Part shown: positions 39,085 through 52,864 of the stretch, piece by piece
Position numbering within the stretch: position 1 is the first letter of the stretch
Layout of the letters: the number at the start of each line of letters is the position of its first letter
Assembly (NCBI GenBank): GCA_965603825.1
Contig: CBFDEM010000043.1
Location: forward strand, 248,001 to 312,000
Reading direction: 5' to 3'
DNA length: 64,000 bases
Source of the DNA: Blepharisma stoltei ATCC 30299
Taxonomy: Eukaryota > Protista > Ciliophora
Program-made: the position numbers and the translations under genes
The notes under the pieces: generated by a model
The model's database searches: none
What the model was told of the DNA's origin: nothing
What the model saw: the letters and a program-made list of their open reading frames with translations, nothing else

Positions 39085-42000
39085 ATGGATTCAGAAGCAG
39101 AAAAAAGACAAGGAAGCGCTTCATTTAAATTTGACACATCAACATCTAAGCGTGATATTTTGTATAAAAGCTTAGAAGCCGAAAGAGCAAACCGCTTTAA
39201 AATCACTCTTTTTGATACCCTGATAAAGCTTGAAGGTAGCGATAACAAAAGAAAAATAAGCAGAGAGCGCCTGATACTGACTTATCTTTCACTATTTATA
39301 AAAAAAATTCAACTTTTATCAATTATACTCATAAGCTTCGAGACATCTGACAACGTTACTCTTGAGTCCTCCTTCAACGTGTTGTTAAGAATTCTGAGAT
39401 TTGATATCCTGAGCATTAGTTTAAATATTCAATTAGAATTTTTACTTGTTATGATAGGTGGCATTTGAGGCCTTTGCATAAGCTTTTGCATGATTTATCT
39501 TCAAATTTTTTATAAAAGGAAAATCGCTCTGAGGCCCGTTCTTTTTTTAACCAGTTTGCTGGGATGAATATTTAAACATGTTTTTTGCATCCCTTATTTG
39601 TACAGTGTAGGGATATTTGTAAAATATACTTTTTTTGATGATAATTCTGAGGTTGGAGAATATGACAATGTGAGCGCCTCAAATTACAAGACATTTTTAG
39701 CTCTACCTTTAGTTTTTGGAGTGCCGATCCTAGCTTTGAATATTTATTTTAGGACAATTTATTATTGTAATCCTTGTTACACAGCGAAAATCAAGAGAAA
39801 TAGAATGCATTCTTTGGTGACGCTTAAGGACAATTTATTTCAGTTTATTATTGTTTTTGCTTCATTTTATCGTTCAGCAGCTTATTTTAATATTTTATGT
39901 GTTATTATTTCGATTTATATGATTTCACAATATATTTTTTATATGCCATATGTAGCAATGTTTGATAATGTATTTGAAGTCGATACTTGAACAATGGTTT
40001 TATTTGGAGTCATAGCATATCAGATCTCTATTTATATTAATACAAACTCCGTACGTGCTTTAATAATGATTTTTATCTACCCGTGTATAACATTTATCAC
40101 CTATTTCTTAATGAATTGGTATTTCGACCGAGCTTTAAATTTTCCAATTACAAACCCCTATAATGTTGAGTTAAAAATAAGAAGGCTTATTTTTGGCAAA
40201 AAGCCTCGAAATTTTCAACATAATTTAAGCGAAAAAATAAAAACGATGTACAAAGACGCAACGAAAATATTTTTATCCTTTAAAATGCTATTTGTTTGAG
40301 AAAGCTTATTTTATTTACACTATGAAAGAAATAAATCTTTAAGCTTGCTAAAATTATCAAAAATTAATTTTTCCTCCCGAAAGCACTTGAAGATTTGGTA
40401 TCAGCTTCATCGCAACAAAGCAAGATACTACAGCTTTCCGAACTTAGAAGCTGAGTATTTATATTACTTTTATTATAAAATGCTTGTAAATGAAGAGTTT
40501 GCAGACGATTTAACATTAATAAGGTATATAAAAGACATAAATGTGCTGAACAGGAGAGATTTAGAAGTGACGTGCGACCTGTGAGATGTCTATAGAAAAC
40601 TATCAGAAATTTCTGAGCATTCTTTGGAGTCAATTAATGAAGCATGTACAAAGCTTGTCAAGTCAAAAAAAAAATTTGAAGAAAAAGCTGAAAAAATGGT
40701 CAGAAAGTATCATTCTGACCCAGCTGTTTTGTCGGTGTATGGATCATATAAAGCTGATTTTTTGGAACAAAACCAAGGAAACTTACTTTTACAGAGAAGT
40801 AGAAGTTTAAAGGGCTCGAAAGATACTGGAATTGAAAAAATCACAGGAATGAAATACAGACAAGGAGACGCAATTATGGTGGTAAGTGGTATGCATGGGA
40901 CTATTGGCGATATTTTGTATTTAAATAATGAAATAGCCAAACTTTTGAACATTGATTGTGTTGATGATTATATAGGAACTACGTTTCGCCAATTTATCCC
41001 AGCTCCTTTTGATGTGATGCATAACGACATATTAAGGCGAGGGCTGATTTTTGGGGAAAGAATTGAACTTTATAGGCCAAGCCTTTTTTTAATTACAACC
41101 CGAGGGCATTGCGTAGAAGTTACCATGCATTTTCGGCTTGTGTTCTTTAAACAAATCCCTTACTTTATTGCAGATTTTAATGAAAAAGGCTATAATACTA
41201 ATTTAATTCTTCATTCCCCGGATGGCTATATATATGCAGCTTCCAAAAACATTAACCAACTGATCGGTAATAGAAAAGGTACAGTATTTGAAGTTGTAAA
41301 TAACCTTGCGAATTATTATGAAAATTATAATCCAGGAGTCCCTTTTGAATATCATGAAGATTTCGACTGCTTTATGATGAGAATTACACTAGTTATAGAT
41401 GGATCGCCATTAGTAGCATTATATGTAGCCAACGATTATGAATATTTTGCACAGATGAATAATTCAGACGAAAATACCCCAAAACCTCATCATGTAGAAT
41501 CTTTTAATGATGGAGGATATAAAACTGATATTACAATGGAGCCTGAAGAATTAAATTTGAAAAGTGGCTTGGCGAGCTCTTTTACATATGCCTCAACTGT
41601 TTTATCCAAAATGGAAAAAAAATATGAAAAAGGAGAAAAGGAAAGTAGTAAAATTGCAAGGCTTTGTAATTCCATGAATGTGAACGTTAGGATTTCTAAT
41701 GCAGCTTTGCTTGGGATTATTATTGCTACGATCATCATAGAAAGATATGTAGTTAATGAACTGAAAATATCTAATTTTCTAAGCAATTTTTCTACTCTCA
41801 GGCACTTAGGAAACAGTATATTATTAGATTCAAGATCCCTTGATCTTTTAAGTAAGGGCTATGAATTAGCATATGAAGAAACTGACTATCGAGCTTCTCT
41901 TCAGTCAAGTATAAATAACTTTGAAAATACACTATTACAAGTCAGTGATGAAATATCAAATTATGACTATATGGATGATGTTTTTGTTACAAAAAAGGTC

Positions 42001-43221
42001 AAAACGACAGAAAAAACAGGTGAAAATGCCTTGAGGATTATTAAAACTAATTTATTCCAAGCTTTGCAAAAAATTATCCAAGAAGGATACACAATCTACG
42101 GTGCTGAGCTTTCTGGATTTCAAGGAATTCAAGCAAGTCTATTTTATATTTATTGGAATTTTCCTGGGGAAACATTTAGAAGCTTAAATAGCAGTCTTAA
42201 TTCTATTAACGACGAAACACATAATCATATATCTTCAGTTTTCGAATTTTTGAAAATTTTTAAATTGATTGTTTTTATCCCTTCTATGCTTATTATCATT
42301 CTTTCTATTCCAAATCTAATTGCTCTTGAAAAAATCAATAAAGAGCACTGAAATGAGCTTTCATCGCTAAATATAGAAAGGCAAATAGCTTTAAGAGAAA
42401 AACTAACTGTAAGATTATCTGAGTTCCATGGCATTCAAGTTGAAGAAATAGAGCCAAAACACACAAAAAAGGCAGTTTATTCATCTATTTGAAAAACATT
42501 TCTGTTTAAAGTACTTTTTTTAGAACTTATCAGCATTATCTATTTCTTTGTTTCTATTTATGCTATCCAAAACAGCATAAGTGAAGCCTTAACTTATCAG
42601 TCTAGCTACAGGCTTAGATCAGGCTATAGAAGATCTCTAACAATATCTACTTTCTTCTGAACAAGAGAGCTTCTTTTATCAGAAACCGAATCTTCTCTAA
42701 TCAATACTCTTGATAATAAAAACCCTTATCCTTCAGTTATAAAAAGCTTGCAATCCTCAATTGAGGACTATGACTACCATGAGCATCTTATTGACTTCGG
42801 CTCGGCAACAAAATACTTTGAGCATGACATGTACAACTTACTAATTGGAAATCCTTGCAGCGATGCTGCCAAGTCCATACCTAACTGCCTTACTAGCTAT
42901 ATCAGCACAGGAATGCTGCCTGCGCTTGAATTGTATTTGGATGATACAAGGACTATTTTTTTTGATAATAGCTCAAATTGGCAGGACGTTATCAAACTAG
43001 AGAAATACTCAAAATTAATAAGTAACTCAGTAGGGCTGATGACAGAGAGCTTTATGAATTCTACTGATGATAAAATTGATGCATATATGACTTACTTGAC
43101 GATTACCACTTTACTCTATTTTTTTATTTTGCTTTTAGTTGTATTATTACTTGTCTTAGCATCTGTTAATAAAATCAAGAATGGTTTGATTGGAAAAATT
43201 GAGATCCTCAACTATTTTTAA
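39085..43221 (+). CDS. Multi-pass membrane PAS-domain protein, paralog 3, ~1378 aa
   Basis: Single frame with TGA=Trp; same PAS core and C-terminus GKIEILNYF*. Confidence 0.85.
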
Positions 43222-43491
43222 GCTTAGATTATTCGTTAACTTATAAAGTTAAATTGTAATTTTGCTAATCAGTATTTCTTATCACTGGTTTTATAAAATC
43301 CTTAATGAGCATTTCTAGAGTTGAGCTAAATATTAATATACACTAAATTACTTTTATCCTTATTATCAAAGAATATTAAGAAATAAATAATATTTATTTT
43401 ACATAGGCCAATAAGATCTTATTTTAAAGGTCGTTTCTTTTTAATATAAAAATTACATGATTTTTAAAATAATAATACAATAAATTAGCAT

Positions 43492-46400
43492 ATGGATTTA
43501 GGAAAAGAAAAGAAAAGAAGTAGCAATTCATTTAAGCTAGACACATCCACATCCAAAAGAGACAAACTTTATCAAAGTCTTGAAGCCGATCGGGTTAGTC
43601 ATTTTAAAAGTGCTTTATTTGATGTATTTATTACTCTTGAGGGCTGCGATAGCAAAAATAAAATAAGCAAGCAAAGACTTGCAATAAACTATACTGCGCT
43701 ATTTATAAGAAAACTGCAACTTCTATCACTGATTTTAATAAATTTTGAGGCTACTTCAAATATCAGTTTAGAATCTGCTCTAAGCTCCTTGTTAAAGGTT
43801 TTAAGATTTGACGCTATCTGCGCAGAGCTTAATCTTGGCCTTGGCTTTTTAGTATTATTAGTTATATCTATATGATGTCTTGGATTAAATTTTTTTATTA
43901 TCTATGTGCAGGCTTATCGTAAAAAGAACCACGCTATAAAATCAATTGTCTGTATTATAACTGTACTAGGATGATTTTATGAGTATTTATTGTGAATTCC
44001 TTATTTATATAGCGTTGGAATATATTCAAAATATACTTTTTTTGTCAATAACTCAAGAGTTTCTGAGTATAGCAATATAGATTCCAACGGTTTCAACTCA
44101 CTTTGATCAATTCCACTGATTTTTGGGTTACCAATTTTAGTTTCAAATATTTTTTTCAGGACAATTTACTATTGTAATCCATGCTATACATCAAAGCTCA
44201 AAAGAAATAGGCTGCATTCGCTTGTAAGTATGAAAGATCTTTTATGCCAACTTCTTATGATTTTTTCTTCGTTTTACAATTCAACGTTTCATTTTAATAT
44301 GATTAGTGGATTTATATCTATTTACATGATTTTTCAATATACTATATATTTGCCATTTGTATCCATATTTGATAATACATTTGAAGCTGGAACTTGAATA
44401 CTAGTTTTACTTGGAATAATCTCGTATCAAATTTCAAGAGAAATTAATACTGCATCTATTCATGGACTCATCATAGTATTTCTATTCCCATGTATAATAA
44501 TGCTTTTGTATTATTTAATGCACTGATATTTCAACAGAACTTTAAATTCAAAAAAACAAAATCCATACTCAGTTGAGCTGAAAATTAGAAAACTAATTTT
44601 AGGAATAAAGCCAAAAGATTTCACAAGCAGCCTCAATATAGAAATAAAAAAGATTTTTAAAGACTCAACCAAAATATATTTATCTTTTAAGATGCTATTT
44701 GTATGAGAATGCTTATTTTATTTGCATTATGAGCGTAATAAGCATCTTGCACTTATGAAAATATCCAAAATTAATTTTTCTTGCCAAAAACATCTAAACA
44801 TATGGTATCAGTCGAACAAAAATAAACTAATTCACTACAGCTATCCCAACATAGAGCCTCAGTATTTATTTTATTCCTATTATAAAAAACTTGTAAATGA
44901 AGAGCATTCTGAAGATTTGGTCTTATTACGATACATCCGAGACATAAATTCATTCCGAAAATCTGACTTAGAAGTATCATGTGAGCTCTGGGATGTTTAT
45001 CGTAAACTCGCAGATATATCTGCCCATTCCGTAAAATCCATACAAAATACTTGTCTAAAACTCGGAAAGGCAAAAAAAAGGTTCGAAGAAAAAGCTGAGA
45101 AAATGTATAGAAGGTATCACTCAGATCCTGAAGTACTTTCTATATATGGATCCTATATAGCAGACTTTTTAGGGGAAGAAGAAGGAAAATTGCTACTGCA
45201 TAAAAGTAGAAGTCTAAAAGACTCAAAAGACCTGGGTGTTGAAAAATTCACAGGGTTTCAGTATCACCATTTAGGAGCATCCATAATGATAGTTAGCGGA
45301 ATGTTTGGATCAATTGGAGATATTCTTTACTTAAACAAAGAAATTTGTGAGCTGCTGCAAATAGAACTTGTCGATGATTATATTGGAACAAGTTTCTGCC
45401 AATTTATTCCAGCTCCTTTTGATGTGATGCATAACGATATTTTAAGAAGAAATCTTATCTCTGGTGACAGAATTGAATTATACAGGCCAAGTCTTTTTTT
45501 AATCACCACGTCAGGTAACTGTGTAGAAGTTACAATGCATTTTCGACTTGTGTTTTTCAAGCAGATCCCATATTTCGTTGCAGATTTCAATGAAAAAGGT
45601 CACAATACTAATTTAATCCTCCATTCCCCAGATGGTTATATATATGCTGCATCTAAAAATATTAATGATTTAATTGGAGAAAGGAAAGGGACGGTTTTTG
45701 AAGTTATTCACAATCTTGCTGATTATTATAAGAATAATAGCTTGTTCAAGCCATTTGAATATCATGAAGATTTTAATTGTGTCATGATGAGAGTCAAGCT
45801 TGTTATTGATGGTTCACCATTAGAAGCTCTATATATTGCTCAGAATTATGAATATTTTAAAGAAGGAGGTGGCTCAGTAAACCATTATGAAGAAAGCCAA
45901 AAAAGTGGATCGGTCCAGGAATTTGGATTTAAGACTGATGTTTCTATGGTTGCAAGTAAGTCTCTGATGAAAAGTAATATCACAAACTATTACATGCATC
46001 AATCAACTTTACTATCTAGAATAGAAAAAAAGAAAAAATCTGAAAAAAGCAATTTGGAAAGTAGTCAAATTACTAAGCTTTGCAGCCTCCTAAATTTTAA
46101 TATCAGGTTTTCATTACTTGTTTTATTTTCTATAACCATTGCTACTTTAGCTACAGAAAAAATTATCACAAATGAACTGAAAATGTCAAGTTTTTTAAAC
46201 TCCTTTGATATAATGAGATTTTATGGTATTTCTATTATTCAAGACTCCAGATCTCTTAATCTATTAGAAAAAGGATATTTATTAACTTACCCCGAGGAAT
46301 TTTATCGGTCTTCCCTTCAATCAAATCTTGAGAATTTTGAAAAAAATTTAATGTCTGCAGGTGATGACATATATAAAAGAAGCTATATGCATAACGTCTT

Positions 46401-47637
46401 CTCTATAGCAAAAGTGTCATCCACTGAAAAATATGGCAATAATACTTTTCGGACTATAAAAATCAACCTATTTCAAAACTTGCAAAAAATAATTAAAGAA
46501 GGCTCAATAATTTTAAACACAGAGCTTGCAGATTTTCCTAAAATTGACTCAAGCTTTGCGTATCTATACATGAATTATCCTTGAGAAACCTTCAATCATT
46601 TAAATGACAGCGTTTATATATCGTTAGAAGACATTGAAAGCCATACAGAATGAGCATTTGAGTTTTTAAAAAGTTTGAAACTGACTTTTTTCATCCCTTC
46701 CTTATTAATCATAATGCTATCAATCCCAAGTATTATCAAGCTTGAAAAAATAAATAAAAAAAACTGAAAGTGCTTATGCAATCTTGATATAGAGAGACAG
46801 ATAGAGATAAGAGATAAACTTATTGATAGGCTCTATGTCTTTCATGGTGTTCAAGTCGATGAAGTTGAGCATAAGTATTCGAGAAATGCAATTTTTTATT
46901 CACATTGAAAATCATTTATGCTGAAAATTTTGATCCTTGAAATATTAAGTTTGGGCTATTATTTTGCTGCTGTATATGGATTTCATGGGACATTAAAAGA
47001 AATTTTAATCTCTCAGTCAGAGTTCATTTTTTATTCTGGAACTAGAGGAATGCTATCTTCAAGTGCATTTTTTTGAGCAAGAGAAACGTTTTTAGATACT
47101 AAAAATGACTCTCTTTCTGTTTTTATTGGGGATTTTTACCCATTTCCATCACCGAAAAAGCAGCTTCAGTCGATGATTGATGACTGCCTCTATGCTCAAA
47201 ATTATATTGACTATAGAAAACCTCATAAATATTATGATGACAACATGATTAATTTATTAATAGGGAATCCATGTGAATCAAATGATAAATTTGTGCAAGA
47301 TTGCACCAAAAGCTATATCAGCATGGGGATTAAGCCAGCTATCAAAATCTATTTAAACGAGTTAAAAAGAGTACCAAGCTATAATAAAGCAGATTGGCAA
47401 GATATAAATGATTTAGAAAAATATTCAAAAATCATTGATAACTCCACAATTTATATGCAGAAGAGCTATATCAATTCAACTGACTCAAAAATCGATTCTG
47501 AAATGGATGATCTAATCATTTCAACACTTTTATACTTCTTTTTCCTTTTAATTATCTCTTTTTTACTTATTCTATCAGCAGTAAGTAAAATAAAAAGAGA
47601 TTTGCTGGGCAAAATTGATATCTTAAAATATTTTTAA
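43492..47637 (+). CDS. Multi-pass membrane PAS-domain protein, paralog 4, ~1381 aa
   Basis: Single frame with TGA=Trp; same PAS core and C-terminus GKIDILKYF*. Confidence 0.85.
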
Positions 47638-47707
47638 AAATAATCCTTCTTGATAGACAATTCATTTTTGGTCTTACTTTTCTTTAATATTTTTTGACAT
47701 AATAAAT

Positions 47708-48538
47708 ATGATTTCAACCCTTCTTGGTAGCTTGAAATTTGCATGGTATCAATGCCGTGCTCCTTATGTCAACGAATCTCGCCTTCTTGTAACCAAAGAA
47801 CTTGGATACACCTTAGAACCAATAGATAGAAATCTATCAAGACTTATGGGCTTTGAAAATGAGCCAGGCTCTCAAAGAATGTCAGCCCTCGAAGCTTCCT
47901 TCTTCCTCAAAGACTTTGCAGAGCAAGACCTTGCTTCTCTTGAAAACCGTGCTCCAGCTATTTTGCAAAAAGCTAAAGAAATAGACCAAAAATTGATTTT
48001 CTTGAGAATTTATTACTTCTTCATGAATGCTGAATACAGAAACGTATCAACATTGAAGCCTTATATAAAAATTCACAAGGAAAGAGTGTCAAAAGTTCAT
48101 GAGAGTCTAATGAGACTTATACAATATACCCAAATTGATGCTTTGCCAGTGGCTGCTGTTTCTAATACACTTTATGGAGCAGCCAAGCTTAACTTAAGCG
48201 TGGACCCAGTTTTAAACTCAATTTTACTGCCAGTCCTTAGTCAGAAATATAAGTACCTCACTACAGTTGGGCTTGCTGAAACGCTCTGGGCACTTCATAA
48301 GTTAAACTCCAAAAACGCAGATTTATCTAAGAAGATATTGGCAGACTTAGGACAAAGAGAAGTGAAGTATATTCAAGTAGTCCCTGGATATTTCAATCAT
48401 TTGCAGTTCCAGCTTGACCCAAATGCAAAAACTCCAAGAGAAGTTGGACTTTTAAAAGATGTGCTGATGATGAGTACTGATTCTGATACGAAGAAGCAAA
48501 TTGAAGAGTTTCTCAGCAAATATAAGCCTAACCAATAA
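47708..48538 (+). CDS. Helical-repeat protein (FASTK/OPR/HPR-like repeats), possibly mitochondrial
   Basis: AVSNTLYGAAKL and GLAETLWALHKL repeat-like motifs; short non-acidic N-terminus. Confidence 0.5.
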   Translation: MISTLLGSLKFAWYQCRAPYVNESRLLVTKELGYTLEPIDRNLSRLMGFENEPGSQRMSALEASFFLKDFAEQDLASLENRAPAILQKAKEIDQKLIFLRIYYFFMNAEYRNVSTLKPYIKIHKERVSKVHESLMRLIQYTQIDALPVAAVSNTLYGAAKLNLSVDPVLNSILLPVLSQKYKYLTTVGLAETLWALHKLNSKNADLSKKILADLGQREVKYIQVVPGYFNHLQFQLDPNAKTPREVGLLKDVLMMSTDSDTKKQIEEFLSKYKPNQ

Positions 48539-48756
48539 CTCAGCTTAGAGTTAATTTATTTTTACTTAAAAAAATTTGAATCACAATCCCTTTCCACATC
48601 CATTCAAAGAATTCAAAATTTTTTAGTTGCATAGCTATTCACATTAATATATGTCTAATTCACTAGCTTCCTATCCGCACAGAGTTTCTTAATTAAAGAT
48701 AGAGAATGGTTAATTTAATGAGCAGTGCTGAATTAATAAAATAATTAGATTTCATC

Positions 48757-50799
48757 ATGTCCAAAGTCTTTCCTGGAACCAACAAAGAACTATTCCTATC
48801 TGGGCCAAAGCAGCTAAATATTTGAAAATTACGAGCAAAAGAGCTGCAAAAGGAAGAGCCACGGCTCAGGAGTAACCCAGAATTCAAAAACGTGAAATGT
48901 ATTATTTTCCCTGACGATCATTTTATGACTTTTTGAAGAGTTATTTTATTTCTCTTATTATCATATACAATTTTTATTACTCCATATAGAATAAGCTTCG
49001 TAGAAGTTGACACTAAGAATTGGCAAATAGCAGATTTATTTGTTAATGCACTGTATTTTCTCGATGTTTTGATCAACAGTATTTTAGCTTATTATGACAG
49101 TGAAATGAACGTAGTAACCTCCAATAAAAAGATTTTTCTTAATTATTTAGCAGGGTGGATGCTGATTGATTTATGCTCTTGCATCCCAATAGACATGATA
49201 ACAGAAACCGATAAAAATTACTCTGGATTAGTCAGGCTAAGCAGACTTCCAAGATTATACAAATTAGTGAAGCTGACCAAAATGATTCGTCTTGCGAAGG
49301 TTGGGAAAATGAAAAATAAGGTTGCAAGGTATATGAGTAACCTATTAAAAATAGATGCTGCATTAGAAAGGCTTTTTTGGCTTATTATCACCTTTCTCAT
49401 CCTTATTCATATTTTAGCCTGCCTGTGAGGGTTTATAGGACAAATCATGCTTCTTGAAACTGACAAAAATTGGATAATGCAAGGAAATTTCCAAGATCTA
49501 GAAATGTTTGACTTATATATTTGTGCAGTTTATTGAGCTGTGACCACATTAACTACTGTTGGATATGGAGATATCCACGCTTGGAATCTATATGAAAGGA
49601 TAGTTTCCTGCGCTGTAATGATTATAGGCATTTTTATTTATTCTACTTTTATTAGTTCTTTATCCAATATCTTGACAAACACTGATACCCTTGAGTCTAA
49701 GCTAGAAAAAAAAAGAGACATAGTAAATAATTTAGCAAAACAATATAATATCACTCCAGAGTTCCATAGCAGACTTATAGATGCTATTGAATATTATCAA
49801 AGGCATGACAGGACTGACTTAGACTCATTGATTGAGGATTTGCCAATTAATCTTAGAACACAGTTGCTTATTGTGATCTATAAGAAAATCCTCGAAAATA
49901 ATGCATTTTTTGAAAATAAGCAGCCGCAGTTTGTGGCGTATATAGCGCCACTTCTGAAGCCTTTCAGAGTAGAAGAAGGAGACCATATTTACAAAGCTGG
50001 AGAAGTTGCTGCTGATATTTATTTTATAGTGAAAGGAGAAGTCGTGATGGTAGCTGATTACGAAGACAATACCAAAATTCCTTTTAATATATTAAAAGAA
50101 GGCTATTACTTTGGAGAAACTGATTTTTTACTAAATGAAGAGCGGGAGCACTCATATAGCGTTAAAGCACTAAAGAGGACTGAACTATTGGTCCTCCCAG
50201 GCGATGATTTTGAAAATGCTTTAAGAAATTTTGAAGAAGACGGGCTAAGTGTATTGATGTTAGCAAAAGAGAGATATAATAGACTTAAAGAAAAAGAAGA
50301 AGAAGCTATCGAGGAATATAAGAATAAAAGAAGAATCAAACGATTTCAAAGCTTCCCGGTTATGACTCCTATCTCGAAAAAAGACCTTTTAAAAATTATC
50401 CAGAAAACTCAAGAAGAAAAAGATGATGACAAAATGACAGTAAATGAAGAAGAAGATTTCAGGAAAGAAAATGAATATTTAATTCCTGGAGAAAATAAGG
50501 ACTTCGATATGCTAGGGGAATCTTGAAAAAGTCAAAGTTCTCAAAATTCTTTGAGTAGGAATAAATCGATTTTTAATTCGATTTTAGAAGAAAGATATGG
50601 AAATAGTGAAAAAGAAGATGAAGTTGAGAAAAAAATAGAGAGATTGGAGGAAACTATCATGTGTGTCAAAGAAACAGTTATGAGTTTGTGTAGAATACAC
50701 GGATGCCAAATACCGAAAGGAATGATGGAATATAGTGCTCCAGTTTCTAGAACTGGAAGCGCTGTGAGTTATGATGCAAAATTAAATGTACTTCAGTAA
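48757..50799 (+). CDS. Cyclic-nucleotide-binding voltage-gated K+ channel (EAG/KCNH-like), ~680 aa
   Basis: S4 RLSRLPRLYKLVKLTK; pore YW(TGA)AVTTLTTVGYGD; CNBD GYYFGE; single frame. Confidence 0.95.
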
Positions 50800-51023
50800 A
50801 TAAATCAGAGTTAGTTTTCTATAAGGCAAAATAAAAAATATTTATCAAGTTTCAGCATTGAAGCTAATACAAGATATTATTTTAATTTGAGATATTTAAT
50901 TTGCTTTGGGAATAAAATTTGTCCAAGAGAAATGAAAAATAATTATTTAGGTTTAAAATACAAATCAATTAACATTGAAAATACGTAGTTTCGATTCTAA
51001 ATTGATTCAAAATTTGTTATAAA

Positions 51024-51722
51024 ATGGCTCAAAATTATGATCCCGCTTTAACAGTAGCTGATTTAGAAGGTTTACGCTCCTCAGAAAGCTCAGTGGAACC
51101 TCCCCAAGAGCTAACTTTAAAACCATTATCCAACTCAAATGAACTCTCAAGTTCTCTCCCTTCAATTTTAAAAAAAAGGTCATCAGCTCTTTCATCTGAA
51201 TCTAAGAAAGTTTTATTTTCTGAGCCTGAGCTAATAGTGGTCAACGAAATTTCTTCAGAAACTCAAAAAAAGCCTGAAACTGTTATAAGCTCTAGCACCT
51301 GTGCTTCAAGCAATCAAGAAATCCCTATAGATCCATGCGAAAGCAAAGAGGAGAGCTTAAATACCTTATCAATGCTCAGTTTTCACAAATCCCTTGCTAC
51401 AGATAGTTTAGCTGTAAACTCCAAACTGGAATCTGAAGGAATTCTAAATAAACCTTTAAGCCAAAGAAAAGAAACATCAAGTTACCTCGATATGAGATGA
51501 AAAACAAATTCCATAATAAATCGGCATAGTGAAACAAAGCGTTTTGATATGTGTGCAAGTGAGGTTTTTAGAAAAAAATTAAATGCTTATTATATTAAAG
51601 ACATGAAAAGAATTTTAAATCAGCAAGTTTATGAGCTAAGAAACCCAGCTGAGCCTGAAGCATGATCATATATGGGTGAAAAAAATAGTTCGAGCAGCAG
51701 TTTTAGTAGATTAAATTATTAA
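51024..51722 (+). CDS. Hypothetical Ser/Glu-rich protein
   Basis: Track ORF extends through two TGA codons to TAA at 51720-51722. Confidence 0.65.
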
Positions 51723-51777
51723 AATATAATTATAGATGTGATTAAAAGTTAAAACCGAATTTTAAAATATAAGGAAA

Positions 51778-52704
51778 ATGGCTTTGAGATACAGAAGGCT
51801 AAGATCTGGAGCCATGATGCCAATTATTGGATTTGGAACTTATAAACTTAAAGGTGAAGAATGCTATAATGCAGTAAAGTCAGCTGTCTTAGATGCTGGA
51901 TATAGACATATTGACACAGCAACTATGTATAAAAATGAAGCTGATATTGGTAGAGCATTAAAAGATATTTTCGCTTCAGGAATTCGTCGAGAAGACCTAT
52001 TTATTACTACAAAGCTCTGGTGCAGCGACCATTCTCCTGAAAGAATTTCTCAAAAATTTCAAGAATCCTTAGATTCTTTAGGACTAGATTATATAGATCT
52101 CTATTTAATCCATAAGCCTTTTTCTGTGGCAGGCTGTGAAGACTATCCAAATGGCGACACTTTTGAGCTTTCCTATATTCCTACTACTGCAGTTTGAGCT
52201 GAATTAGAAAAATTAGTAGACAGGGGCTTGATAATTGACTTAGGAATTTCAAACGTTCCCGCAGCATTGCTTTTAGAAATATATTCATCAAGTAGAATTA
52301 AACCTTCTGTAGTTCAAAATGAGCTTCATCCTTATAACACATCAGAAAATATCATCAAATTTTGCAAAAAACTGGGAATTCAGTATCAAGGCTATGGTTC
52401 TCTTGGAGGTTTCAATTATAAACATGACCATCAATTGACTCCATTGATTGAGCATCCAGTTATACAGGAAATTGCATTAAAATATGGAAAAAGCTGTGCA
52501 AATATCCTATTAAACTGAAGCCTGAGCCAAGAAGCATGCATTATTCCAAAATCTGCACAATTAGAAAGGCAAATTGAGAACTTAACTGCAATTGAATACA
52601 AAATGGAAGAAGACGATATAAAGAGAATTTCTCAGCTTAACCAAAATCTTCGATTTTATGGAGTAGCCTTATTAGTAAAAGCAGGTATCCCTTTATATGA
52701 CTAA
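51778..52704 (+). CDS. Aldo-keto reductase
   Basis: MPIIGFGT, GYRHIDTA..Y.NE, FITTKLW, LDYIDLYLIH, LGISN, QNELHPY, IIPKS; conserved Trp encoded by TGA. Confidence 0.95.
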
Positions 52705-52864
52705 AAATTAAGGATTATTTATTAACCTATAATTAAGAAACCCAAGCCAAAAATGGTGACTCATATGTGTCAGAAAGCTGAATTTTTTGTTTTTATTTAT
52801 TTTTTTTATGTGAGTTTATCCATGATTTTATTAATTTTGATTTTCATATAAAATTCAATTTCTA

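Noticed and set aside
6380-47637. Runs of short same-strand ORFs resembling operons or decayed pseudogenes
   Set aside because: The fragments are in frame and separated by TGA, so they are single genes under TGA=Trp.
23487-47637. UROS near putative heme-PAS sensors as a functional gene cluster
   Set aside because: Separated by unrelated genes; there is no evidence of co-regulation and proximity is likely chance.
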